Source of the DNA: Azolla caroliniana
Taxonomy: Eukaryota > Plantae > Polypodiophyta
Assembly (NCBI GenBank): GCA_043228905.1
Contig: JBHGNT010000013.1
Span: 3,472,001-3,536,000 of the forward strand
Direction: 5' to 3'
Length of the DNA stretch: 64,000 nucleotides
Part shown: positions 1 through 11,749 of the stretch, in pieces
Position numbering within the stretch: position 1 is the stretch's first letter
Layout of the letters: each line of letters starts with the position of its first letter
Made by a program: the position numbers and the translations under genes
The notes under the pieces: generated by a model
What the model saw: only the letters and a program-made list of their open reading frames with translations
What the model was told of the DNA's origin: nothing
Database searches by the model: none

Positions 1-390
1 GACCTTTGTACTTGTCAGGGGTTTGTAGGTATTTTCCTATTCCCTTGAATTCTTCTTCATATTCCTCTTCTAGAAACTGCATTCCCCCTTCCCGGGTAAT
101 GACTGTTTGTTCTTTGTCCTCATCATCCGAGTCTGGAATCTCCTCTTCCTCATACCTTGCTCTTGATAATATATCTACTACTGCATTTCTATTCCTAGAG
201 ATATGTCGAACTTGAGGGTTGCTTAATCTAATATAGATGCACCATCTTAACATAGCTTGATTTGGAATATCACAATTAGCTATGATACCAAGAATCGGCA
301 AACAATTCGTTCTATTATTACTTCAGCACCAATTAAGTAATCTCTATCTGTCTTAACTGCTATTACTATCCCCCATAGCTCTATTTTCAC

Positions 391-1563
391 CTATGCATAT
401 TTTCTTTCTCGACCACTAAGAACCTTCGCTCCAAATCGGACTAGATACCTTTCTTCCCCATCTTGTTGGCTTATCACCCATACAATTCCAATGGGACTGG
501 AGTCTACTATGAGATATATGGGCCGGGTGTAGTCAGGTTGCTTTAATGGTGGTGCTTGTGCCAAGTAGGACTTCAATTTCCTCATTGCCTCTGAATGCTC
601 TTCACTCCATTCAAATGTTTCTCCTTTTCTTAGGAGTCTATATAAAGGTACAGATAGATGGGCATAATGCAGAATCCATCTACAGTAAAAAACACATACC
701 CCTAGAAACCTTCGTACTTCTGAAACGGATGTACATTCCTCTTGCATATTTTGAATTGCATTGACCTTGGTTGGTGATGGCTTTCTCTCATACGGACCAC
801 ACATATGACCAACTATGAATATTTCTTTTGCCCCAAATATTGACTTCACCCCTGATAAGGTCAAATGCACTTCTTCCATCCTTGATAGTATCTTCTCCCA
901 ATCCTTGATATGGTCGACAATGAATTGTCGACAACCACTTTCGTCCAATTCCTCATTCTTCTCTTCCTCCTTACATCCCTTAATCAGAACATCATCTAAA
1001 AAAGGCATTGTAATATGAGGAATGAAATCACGAAGTACCTTGTTCATTCCATTCATCATATGTGCCACTGAGTTGGTCACTCCTTGTGGCAAGGTACACA
1101 TCCATACTAACCCTATAGGTGTCTTGATAGAAGTAATATCTCTACTTTTGATAGCAAGTTGAAATTGGTCATACCCGGAATAAAGGTCTCCCATAGAATA
1201 TATAGTTCTTCTTGCAAACATCTTAGCAAACTCATCTACAATTGGCCCTACTCCCGAGTTTTGGATTGTTATCTTATTCATGGCTTGCATATCTTGGATA
1301 AATTGGAGTCGCCCATCTTTCTTTAACATAGTGAACCATTGACTCGAGTAAGGGGCGTTTGATGGTTCCAAGATACCCATGCTTATCTTTTCTTTCAGAA
1401 GTTCTAATAGTTGAGGGATTCTAGCCCTAGGCATGGGTATTGGCTTAAAATTCCATGGAATATGAGGGATAGTGAATATAAACATGGGCTCCACTATTTT
1501 TGGATCCACACACCCTATTTCCTCGGGTTGGAATGCGAACGCCTTTCCATGCCTTTTTAACAT
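391..1563 (-). pseudogene. Reverse transcriptase and start of RNase H of gypsy element A
   Basis: Motifs GDLYSGYDQF, LPQGVTNS, PFLDD, VRRFLG and LIVDSS. The frame continues past stop codons on both sides. Confidence 0.92.
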
Positions 1564-2070
1564 CTCCCTAAATTGCTTTTCTTCGGCTGGTTATAGGAAG
1601 TCACCCCCTCCCATTTTCATCCCTTGTATTGTTTCTGGAGTAAACACATGTCCCACCTTTCGTGTGTGTCTGATCATTGGCTCTGTGGTTGCTTCTTTAA
1701 TTGCTCTTTCACTATCCCCTGGAAGTGGAGCAACAATAGGACGAACCTTCTTCTCCACTATCTTGTACTTTGTTAGGACATGTGCTTCATGATCCTTTTG
1801 AGCAACTTCTTCAATGACCTCGTACATCTTGATCGAATGGACAAGAACTTGGATTTCGTTGTCATCCTCCATTGCTTCCAAATGAGTTATTGTATCTTCG
1901 AAACTTAATTCTTCAAACATATCTTGAATTTCTTCATCATCATCTATTAATCCAGAACACTTAAAGTACTCAAAAGCATTTTGTATTTTATTATTATCTA
2001 CTTTTAGTATAAAAGTAGCACCACTAGATGAGATTGTACAAGGAATATCTTTATTTACATTATTATTCAT

Positions 2071-2133
2071 GGGGTTTTCTTTCATGTTCGGGCTATCACA
2101 ACCCCTACCTGTAAAAGCCCTATCTAAAAATCC
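2071..2133 (-). promoter_or_regulatory. Putative -1 ribosomal frameshift signal (GGATTTT-TAG plus pseudoknot), element A
   Basis: Heptamer 2133-2127. Stem 1 GGGCT/AGCCC (2120-2116 with 2094-2090). Stem 2 GGGGTT/AACCCC (2105-2100 with 2076-2071). Downstream ORFs 1591-2085 and 391-1563 are in the -1 frame. Confidence 0.7.
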
Positions 2134-2588
2134 TGGGAAAATTCTTCATCTACCTCCCGAACTGGATGTTCCTCAAGCATTCTTTATTTCTTTCGTGGTT
2201 GGGCCTCATAGTTAAGAATTGGACCGTCTTCCTTCCATCTTGACTCTTAATCCTTGCAAAAGCTGAACCATCATCAATCACCTTTGTTTCCATCCTTATT
2301 GCGGTGATGTAAGGCTAACCAAAGATGATGGGGTAGGTTGATCGATCCTGCACAAAGAAATTTTGATTCACCGACACATCACCAATTGTTACCTTCACAC
2401 TGGGACATGCTTCGAATAAATCTTCTGTGGTCTCTGTGGCAGCTCTTCCACCCATGATTCTTGTCGATGGGTCTCTGTCCTTGAGTGTAAAATTCCGATG
2501 ACATCATGTTAATCTCGGATCCATGATCGATCAAAGCAATACATGGAATTTGTTGCTCCCCAATTTTTGTAGGTGCCTCCGTTGTTGC

Positions 2589-4217
2589 TCAAGCCCAATG
2601 GTCCCTTGTATAGTGACTCCTATCCTCTTCATAAACCCCACCATCATTTCTATTTTTTACACTTGCAACGTTAAAAGTGCCACCATACAAATCTCGAAGT
2701 GTTGTTGAACACCCTCCCATAACTTCCTCCGTCACCTGTCTCTGTCTTCTAATAATATCTATGATAACTTCATGAAATTCTTTCTTTGCTATACCCAACC
2801 CTTCTCTTAAAGTAAATTCTACCTTACTATTTAATATTCTTGTTTCTAGTACCTTTTTTAAATCCGTCGTTGTTTCTATGTCTGAAGCAAGCTTGAAAGA
2901 TGGGCATGTCTTCCCTTTTACTCTATCAGCTTCCTTCGTCTCAGGAGCACCCTTTTCCATATCCCTTCTCTTTTGTTCTCGTGTCTCATGTTTCTTTGCC
3001 GGATCAGCCTCCTCAGCTCTCTTTCGCTTCTCTTCCACTAGTACCTCTTGTGCATTCACTTGGGCAAATGTTGATAGTACTGGATCATTCCATCCAGTGA
3101 AGTTCCGTATTTCATCTCCTGCTCTTTTTAATTCATCCACTCTAACCTTCCCTTTTCTTGCATAATCCATCACATCTTGCCAAAAACCAGATCCACCATA
3201 TGAGTCTTCTACATGCAACCCTAATGTTGCGACAGATTGTATCGCTTGAGTTGTTTTTCTCTCGGCATCTTCCATTAACTTTTTCATTCCACCTCGCCCG
3301 AAGTTGAGTTGAAGTGGTTGTTGAGTCTTTGTCGAGTGAATCTTACCATCTTGATAGTAGATTTTATCATGATTAAGAGCATCCCTATGTTCTTGACAGT
3401 CTTTCTTCTGACGGTTGATATTGTCACACCACATACACCTTCGGACCATTCCACCTCCTTGCCTTGACAAAGTTGAGCTTTGTCTCGATTCTAGCTTCGC
3501 CACTTTGATCGACAAGTCTTTCATGCCTTTCACCAACTCATGCAAGAGTGAATCTTTTATTTTCTTCTCTCTCGATTCGTTTCCCATTTCGTCTCCCTTC
3601 CTCTTTGGCAACTCCATAAACCATAACTTTCTTTTACAGAAATGGGCGCAAGCCCTTTTCACCTCCTCCCAGTCTTCGGTAAGTCCATTCGGACTATTCT
3701 GATCTTCTAGAAGCATTCCCAAGTCCTTCCCGTCTTTAATATTAGTAGCTTGTAGAAAAAATATTATTTTATCTGGCATTATTATGTTTCTATCCCTAAC
3801 ATTTAATTGCTCAAATCTTTCTGAAAACTCTTTTAACACTTCCAAAACACATAACTGTTTATCAAATTCTACCCAATCCATGAAAGCTTGCCTTGACATA
3901 TCGTTGAGGTTGTATTCATTCAATAATGCTCTTTCGAAAGTAGCCCATGTCTGATGCTCCCTTTGTAGCTCTTGGATCCTCTCATGTAGCCCAATCGTAG
4001 CGACTCGACTAAAGCTATTAATTTTTGCATCTTCGTCGACACCACGTTTAAGCATTTCTTCATTGTAAATCTTCGGAAATCTTGTTAAATTTATACATTC
4101 GAAGATTCCTACTCGTGCAAGAATATTGTTGACGGCTTTGTCGATGCTTGTCATCATCCCTTGCTCTCGCATCACGCGTTCCATCATCGTACACATAAGC
4201 TTCATTTGCTCATCCAT
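2589..4217 (-). pseudogene. Gag (capsid plus degenerate CMWC knuckle) of gypsy element A
   Basis: Colinear with the gag at 56886-58811 (RRCMWCD, TDLKKVLETRIL..KVEFTLREGLGIAKKEFH, SHYTRDHWA). Confidence 0.85.
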
Positions 4218-4234
4218 TTCTCCTTGTCGCCGCC

Positions 4235-4252
4235 TTCATGTCAAGTTCACCA
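4235..4252 (-). promoter_or_regulatory. Primer-binding site, tRNA-Trp type (decayed)
   Basis: TGGTGAACTTGACATGAA versus intact TGGTGAACCCGACGTGAA at 56846; the three differences are C>T/G>A transitions. Confidence 0.8.
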
Positions 4253-4369
4253 AATATGTCGAAGTAGTTGTGGTTCGTGCGGCAAAGTCACAGGGACTAA
4301 GGTTAAGGGGGAGTTGAAGGAAGTTTTATAAGGCTTGTGCACAAATGTTAGGAAGAATAAGAGTTTGAA

Positions 4370-4408
<39 letters not shown>

Positions 4409-4761
4409 TATAGATAAAAGATATAGACAATGTATGATTCAAGAAGTAAGATAAAGACAAAGTATGATTTAAGAAAAAAAAGTACATGATATGAACATTA
4501 TGTATATTACGAATACAAGATTTTATCAACTTTACAATGCTTGATAACAAAATGAACTCTTTCTCTACCGACTCTTGATTTGAATCCTTGACTCCAACTT
4601 GGAAACACGAGCCTCTTCACCAATAAGCTAACTTATTTGTTAGATTATTTTATTCTCTAATATTCTCTTGATTCTCAATTGGACTGTGAAGTCGAAACAA
4701 GGAGTGCGGATGGTAGGCAATCGGTGGGTGCAATATGTAAGATGTAGAGTTATAGAGAAAA

Positions 4762-4865
4762 GGTTTAGGGTTTAGGAATTAGGGTTTGAGTTTTGGTTTA
4801 GGGTTAGGGTTACGGTTAGGGTTTAAGAATTAGGGTTTAGTGTTTGTTTTGGGCTTAGGGTTTAG
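4762..4865 (-). repeat. Telomere-like TTAGGG/TTTAGGG mixed array (also at about 7120-7185 and 9700-9765 as CCCTAA/CCCTAAA)
   Basis: Direct reading, e.g. AAACCCTAACCCTAACCCTAACCCTAAACC...CCTAAACCCTAAACC. Confidence 0.9.
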
Positions 4866-5154
4866 AGGGTAAAAGGATTTACGATTAAGTGCAAGAGGGG
4901 ATAAAGTGAAAAGAAACACCAAGAATAATTTGAGCACACCCAAATCATTTGACAAACTTGGTGTAAGTGAGGCATAATAAGAGATAGAGGAAGGGGAGGG
5001 AGAGAGAGAGAGACGAGGGATTAATCACTAACATTAAAATTAGAAACAAGGTAAAACATAACCATAAGCTAAATAGTCTAGATTAGAGAGAGGGAGAGAT
5101 TAAGAAGGAGACTAATTTTCATTAAGAAAAAGGAAAAATTACAATACGATGGGT

Positions 5155-5215
5155 AATGGTCATGAGCAAACTAGTTTCGCCCCCTACAGGGCTCATCAGT
5201 GCTACCATGACCATT
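5155..5215 (-). ncRNA. Type I minimal hammerhead ribozyme (inverted copy)
   Basis: Reverse complement of 9325-9385 with one C>T in stem II that still allows a U-G pair. Confidence 0.88.
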
Positions 5216-7879
5216 CGGGGTGGATAGGTTTATATAAGGAGTTTTCGGAGTGGCTTTAGAGAAATGACAATAGGGAGTGGGGTTGTGCTTATGGATGTGA
5301 TTGAAAGGGGTGGAAAGATTTGGAGAAGAAGGAAGAGGATTTTATGGGCTTTTAATGTGATAAGGGGAAGGCTTTGGTACGAGGTTATATTGTAAAAGGA
5401 GGGATAATAAGAAAAGGGAGAGTTTAGGATATAAAATGTAAAAAGTGAGGAAATATAAGGGGCATTAAGAGAGAGGGGGAAACAAGGCTTACGTGAGATG
5501 ATGAGAAGGGAAGGAGAGAGAGAGAGAGAGAGAGTGAATGAGTAGACATAAGGGGAGTGAGTAGATCTAGGAGGAGAGAGAGTGGGAAAACGTGAAAGAA
5601 TTAAGAGAGAGCAAAAGGGGAGAGAGAGGAGAGAGATGTGTGTGTAAACTAGAAAAAGTAAGAGAGAGAAAGGAAAGAGGATAGAGGTAAGGGAGAGAGA
5701 CATGTGTGGGAAAAATAAAGGGGAAGGCTATATATAGATTTAGGAAGAGGATGGGAGGGGTAGGGTAAGAAAAAGTAGAACATGGGTGAGGGTAGAAATA
5801 TAAAAATAGAAAGGTGGAGAAAGAGTAAAAAGAAAACGAAGGGACTTACAAAGAGGAGGCTAAGGGTTTAGAAAAAAGGAAGAGGAGGGGTAAGGTAAGC
5901 AAAAAAAAAAAAAAAAAGGCGAGAGATCAATGAGGGTAGAAGACTAAAAAAGGAATATGAAAATGAAAGGGTATATTGTGATAAGAGAAACGTAGAGAGA
6001 GAGAGAGAGAGAGAAGAGGTTAAAAAGTAAGAAAGCTAAAGGAAAAGAGAGAGAGGTAGGAGTTAGAGAAGAGAGAAAGGGTATATCGACCCGCACTCCT
6101 CACAAAGCCGTAAGGCAAACCCTAAATAAAAAGCTACTAAAAAGAAATGTTAAAGGGAGGGGTAATGTTTAAAATATATAGAAATCGAGGAGCGGGGCAA
6201 CAGGTGAATATAATCTAAAGCTTAGGTTTAATAAAAGTGTGGGAGAGAGGTATAAATGAAACTAGGACGAAATAGGGGTATGAGTGAAACTGGGAGGTAG
6301 GGGTATGGAAAAAATAGTAAACGGGGAGGGGTATCCAATATTTTGAGGAGAGGAGAGGAAGGGTAGGAAAAAAGTCAAAGTAATAAAGGGAGGGGTATAA
6401 TGAAATTGAGGAAAGTAGGTGGAGGGGTAGAATGAATTTTAGGAGAAAGGAAGGGGGAGGGGTATCCAATATTTTGAGGAGAGGAAGGGTAGGAATTAAA
6501 AATGTCAAAGTAATAGAGGGAGGGGTATAATGAAATTGAGAAAAGTAGATGGAGGGGTAGAATAAATTTTAGGAGAAAAGAAGGGGAGGGGTATCCAATA
6601 TTTTGAGGAGAGGAAGGGTAGGAATTAAAAATGTCAAAATAATAGAGGGAGGAAAGGGGGAAGGGTAGAGTATACGAATAGAGGTGAGAGAGGGTAGAGT
6701 AAAATATAGGAAAAGAAAATGGGAAGGGTAGAGATAGAGAAAGAGTAACAAAAATTAAAAGAGAAAGAGAAAGAAGAGAGAAATGGGGGTTTTGAGTGAA
6801 AACATTACCCATCGTATTGTAATTTTTCCTTTTTCTTAATGAAAATTAGTCTCCTTCTTAATCTCTCCCTCTCTCGAATCTAGACTATTTAGCTTATGGT
6901 TATGTTTTACCTTGTTTCTAATTTTAATGTTAGTGATTAATCCCTCGTCTCTCTCTCTCTCTCCCCTTCCTCTATCTCTTATTATGCCTCACTTACACCA
7001 AGTTTGTCAAATGATTTGGGTGTGCTCAAATTATTCTTGGTGTTTCGTTTCATTTTATCCCTTCTTGCACTTAATCGTAAACCCTTTTACCCTTTAAACC
7101 GTAAGCCCAAAACAAACACTAAACCCTAACCCTAACCCTAACCCTAAACCAAAACGCAAACCCTAATTCCTAAACCCTAAACCTTTTCTCTATAACTCTA
7201 CATCTTACATATTGCACCCACCGATTGCCTACCGTCCGCACTCCTTGTTTCGACTTCACGGTCCAATTGAGAATATGTCATGCTTTCTATGAAGGCCCTT
7301 TCAATGGAGAATGGCACCCACGACGGTCGTGCATCGACACCCATCGAGCATCCGTTTCGTGACGAGTTCCCTCATAACACGTTGATTGGCACTTGCGACG
7401 GCGACACAGGTTTTCTTCTTCCATCCCAACATGCAACACCGACACTCATTACTCGCCCCTTTTATATCTCTTCTTTGTATTAATAGCACGGGACTACACA
7501 TGGTAGCCGTGTGTGCCCACCTTTCCACTCTTTAACTAATGCTAGGACTACATGTTGTAGCCAGCTTATATGCACAATCCTTATCACTCCCCCTCTTGTC
7601 CTTGATTTCTACAAAATTGTAAAAATGCCCCTCGTCTGTTTAACTAATTGTCACTCTACCCCTCTCCCTTTTCATGTTTTCACTCAAAACCCCCCATTTC
7701 TCTCTTCTTTCTCTTTCTCTTTTAATTTTTGTTACTCTTTCTCTATCTCTACCCTTCCCATTATTATTATTATTATTTTTCCTATATTTTACTCTACCCT
7801 CTCTCACCTCTATTCGTATACTCTACCCTTCCCCCTTTCATTTGAAATCACACTTTACCCCTCCATATATTTTTCTCAA

Positions 7880-8215
7880 TTTCATTATACCCCTCCCTCT
7901 ATTATTTTGACATTTTTAATTCCTACCCTTCCTCTCCCCAAAATATTGGATACCCCCCCTTCTTTTCTCCTAAAATTTATTCTACCCCTCCATCTACTTT
8001 TCTCAATTTCATTATACCCCTCCCTCTATTACTTTGACATTTTTAATTCCTACCCTTCCTCTCCTCAAAATATTGGATACCCCTCCCCCCTCCTTTCTCC
8101 TAAAATTCATTCTACCCCTCCACCTACTTTTCTCAATTTCATTATACCCCTCCCTTTATTACTTTGACATTTTTCCTACCCTTCCTCTCCTCAAAATATT
8201 GGATACCCCTCCCCG
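7880..8215 (+). repeat. About 120-bp tandem repeat, roughly 3 copies (mirrored at about 6320-6650)
   Basis: Recurrent TACCCTTCCTCTCCTCAAAATATTGGATACCCC and TTTCATTATACCCCTCCCT. Confidence 0.8.
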
Positions 8216-9324
8216 TTTACTATTTTTTCCATACCCCTACCTCCTAGTTTCACTCATACCCCTATTTCCTCCAAGTTTCGTTTATACCTCTCTCCTACAC
8301 TTTTATTAAACCTAATCTTTAGATTATATTCACCCGTTGCCCCTCTCCTCGATTTCTATATATTTTAAACATTACCCCTCCCTTTAACATTTCTTTTTAG
8401 TAGCTTTTTATTTAGGGTTTGCCTTACGACTTTGTGAGGAGTGCGGGTCGATATACCCTTTCTCTCTTCTCTAACTCCTACCTCTCTCTCTTTTCCTTTA
8501 GCTTTCTTACTTTTTATCCTCTTCTCTCTCTCTCTCTCTCTCTCTCTACGTTTCTCTTATCACAATATACCCTTTCATTTTCATATTCCTTTTTTAGTCT
8601 TCTACCCTCATTGATCTCTCGCCTTTTTTTTTTTTTTTTTGCTTACCTTACCCCTCCTCTTCCTTTTTTCTAAACCCTTAGCCTCCTCTTTGTAAGTCCC
8701 TTCGTTTTCTTTTTACTCTTTCTCCACCTTTCTATTTTTATATTTCTACCCTCACCCATGTTCTACTTTTTCTTACCCTACCCCTCCCATCCTCTTCCTA
8801 AATCTATATATAGCCTTCCCCTTTATTTTTCCCACACATGTCTCTCTCCCTTACCTCTCTCCTCTTTCCTTTCTCTCTCTTACTTTTTCTAGTTTACACA
8901 CACATCTCTCTCCTCTCTCTCCCCTTTTGCTCTCTCTTAATTCTTTCACGTTTTCCCACTCTCTCTCCTCCTAGATCTACTCACTCCCCTTATGTCTACT
9001 CATTCACTCTCTCTCTCTCTCTCTCTCCTTCCTTTCTCATCATCTCACGTAAGCCTTGTTTCCCCCTCTCTCTTAATGTCCCTTATATTTCCTCACTTTT
9101 TACATTTTATATCCTAAACTCTCCCTTTTCTTATTATCCCTCCATTTACAATATAACCTCGTACCAAAGCCTTCCCCTTATCACATTAAAGCCCATAAAA
9201 TCCTCTTCCTTCTTCTCCAAATCTTTCCACCCCTTTCAATCACATCCATAAGCACAACCCCACTCCCTATTGTCATTTCTCTAAAGCCACTCCGAAAACT
9301 CCTTATATAAACCTATCCACCCCG

Positions 9325-9385
9325 AATGGTCATGGTAGCACTGATGAGCCCCGTAGGGGGCGAAACTAGTTTGCTCATGACCATT
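9325..9385 (+). ncRNA. Type I minimal hammerhead ribozyme
   Basis: AATGGTCATG-GT-AGCA CTGATGA GCCCC-GTAG-GGGGC GAAA C-TA-G TT^ TGCT-CATGACCATT. It has an intact core, a 14-bp bulged stem I, a 5-bp stem II and a palindromic 1-bp stem III. Confidence 0.9.
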
Positions 9386-10087
9386 ACCCATCGTATTGTA
9401 ATTTTTCCTTTTTCTTAATGAAAATTAGTCTCCTTCTTAATCTCTTCCTCTCTCTAATCTAGACTATTTAGCTTATGGTTATGTTTTACCTTGTTTCTAA
9501 TTTTAATGTTAGTGATTAATCCCTCGTCTCTCTCTCTCTCTCTCCCCTTCCTCTATCTCTTATTATGCCTCACTTACACCAAGTTTGTCAAATGATTTGG
9601 GTGTGCTCAAATTATTCTTGGTGTTTCTTTTCACTTTATCCCTTCTTGCACTTAATCGTAAACCCTTTTACCCTCTAAACCGTAAGCCCAAAACAAACAC
9701 TAAACCCTAACCCTAACCCTAACCCTAAACCAAAACGCAAACCCTAATTCCTAAACCCTAAACCTTTTCTCTATAACTCTACATCTTACATATTGCACCC
9801 ACCGATTGCCTATCGTCCGCACTCCTTGTTTCGACTTCACGGTCCAATTGAGAATATTCTCTTGATTCCCTCCCTTACTTGATTCCCCTCTTTTTATAGG
9901 TGCCCCCATGCATATAATGCATGTGAGGGTAAAGACATGCATGTGATGCATGATCGCCGTTTGGCGTTCATGCATTACATGTGATACATGATAGACATCT
10001 CGCTCATTTGAGCTTCCATGTATGAAAATAGACATGGGATAAGTACAAGGATGAAAGGCATTACAATATTTTTAAAAATAAATAGCC

Positions 10088-10140
10088 TAGTTTAGTGGCA
10101 TGTACATTGTATTTCATATATAAGGGTGTGGGTTCAAGTT
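10088..10140 (+). other. Degenerate tRNA-like A-box/B-box module
   Basis: TAGTTTAGTGG, a 32-nt spacer, then GGTTCAAGTT. Confidence 0.45.
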
Positions 10141-10142
10141 TC

Positions 10143-10892
10143 TCAAATATTATCAAATACAATATTTAAGTTCATTTTCATATCGTGAAGCACATTCTTC
10201 ATGACAGCGCCACATGAAAAACATTGGTTGGGAAGGCCCGAATATATAACCTTTTGAACCCTTCCCTTGGTGTTCTTACTCAACGCAAGAAGTTTAATGA
10301 AGGAAGGTAAAATGGAATCCCTTGATCCCAAAACTCTAACAATTGGCAAACTCATTCGATTGGCATTAAATCTATCGATCTCTTCCTCATCATCAAGAAC
10401 CAGGGCAATCATAGATGCGATGTTTTTTAAAGCAGGATGCCATTGTTTAGGTAATGAAGGAAACATAACTGAAAAAGCAAACCTGTATGTACCAGCCAAA
10501 TTCAGCAAATCTATATATCGAAATCGGGAAAACACCCGCAGGAATTGCAACCAAAGGCCTCTAACTTTTATGCAACCTCGTCGTAGTAACTTTTGAACCA
10601 TCTCCTCTAATGCAAATTCCAAATGATAGCATTTTTGTCGTAGTAGTTGAATATCGAGGATTCTTTCTAACTCAGCACGGAGTCGCGCTTGAAGAAGATG
10701 GCGGATATCGCTTATGTTTCGGTGGCCATCCACCACATGAACCACAACCGAGAGTTGTTGCAGCCGATCTATCTCCACCTGCACTCTTTGTTCCACCTCG
10801 TAGGAAGGAGCAAAATCGATCGTGAGATCCGCAACCATAGTATGAACCATACGTACCATACGTGCATTCGCATTCAAGAATATTTCAATCAT
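10143..10892 (-). pseudogene. L1-type LINE ORF1 fragment (DUF4283-like region plus truncated zinc knuckle)
   Basis: ILDIQLL..KCYHLEF, LPKQW and QKVIYSGLPNQCFSCG are typical of plant L1 ORF1. No ORF2 follows. Confidence 0.6.
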
Positions 10893-11749
10893 TCACGTAA
10901 GAAAAACACCTTCAAAGAATGATAAATACCATACTTTTGGATTAACTATTTATTACGAGGTAAATAAGCCTAAAAATGGGAAAAACCCAAAAAAAACATT
11001 TAAAAAATGGGAAAAAAAAAACACAAGAATGTTTGAATGGGAGATGATTCACGGGATTTCCTCGTGGGCGTAGTCACTGACATCACGATCACTGTGCTCA
11101 ATCGCTCTATGGTATATTCTATGGTATATTCTAGAGATATTCAATCTCGGAACTTATATAAATATGTGTGTTCATCTAGATTATAATCAAGGTGAACAAC
11201 ACTAGTTAAAGAGTCTTTCAATTTATAAACTCGTTCATTCGATTTTCTTCTAGTCTCTTGTGCATATTATCTATCTGTGACACCGACCACCCTGTAGCGA
11301 AGGTGAGAAGGATCCAAGTCCCAGTAGGTGTCCCATACCACTATGCATGGATATGAATCATACCTTGGGTTTGAAGGAGGCACACATGTATGAAGCTAGA
11401 GCTTTCACACACTATCAGAGTCTATCTCAAAACATAAGAGAAAAGAGACGCCCCTTCATGAAGCTCACAAGCTTTCTTATATAGGCTCAAACGCTAGGCC
11501 CTTGTATGTGTTTCCCACTTGGTTGTTTTTTTAATAAAAAGTAGCGAGTTGATGAAACACTCTAAAGTTATCTCCCACCATAGGATTGAGATAACTCAAT
11601 CCGCACCCCTCATCCTTACAAATTAGCCTACAACAATGGTTACAGTTATACTTGTAACAACGAGGCATCTCACTCTTCGCTTAACATCCTGGCTCTAGTT
11701 CTTGGTCATTCCTTGTTGTCCTCAAGGCCCTCAAGGCTTGAAAACCTTA

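Larger units (their letters stand above)
4671..9855. mobile_element. ORF-less hammerhead-bearing element: inverted copy 4671-6805 joined to a direct-repeat-flanked unit 6803-9855; Penelope-like non-autonomous candidate
   Basis: Ends are ATTCTCAATTGG...CCAATTGAGAAT. TSD ATTCTCTTG at 4662-4670 and 9856-9864. 4671-6805 is the reverse complement of 7674-9855. 6803-7274 is a direct copy of 9382-9855. Confidence 0.85.
1..9997 (-). mobile_element. Ty3/gypsy LTR retrotransposon A (non-chromovirus, Trp-PBS), decayed; 3' part lies outside the window; 5' LTR 4257-~9997 is interrupted by a 5.2-kb insertion
   Basis: gag, protease remnant, RT and RNase H lie in order on the minus strand. LTR boundary TGTC at 4257 sits next to the PBS. 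TATA-like CCTATAAAAA (minus) is near 9895 and a probable GACA end is at 9997. Confidence 0.85.

Noticed and set aside
4762-4865. A real telomere or chromosome-fusion scar
   Set aside because: The tracts are short and degenerate and are repeated three times as part of the mobile element's terminal repeat.
5230-9251. Leu/Ser/Pro/Phe-rich ORFs in the inverted arms
   Set aside because: These are low-complexity translations of pyrimidine-rich DNA with no domain motifs.
4671-9855. Mutator/foldback DNA transposon reading (long TIRs, 9-bp TSD)
   Set aside because: It does not explain the hammerheads or the internal direct repeat starting at the cleavage site. It is kept only as the alternative hypothesis.
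11100-11700. Possible LTR belonging to the integrase fragment at 11750-12540
   Set aside because: TG/CA ends and a weak PPT are suggestive, but there is no partner LTR or TSD to confirm the boundaries.
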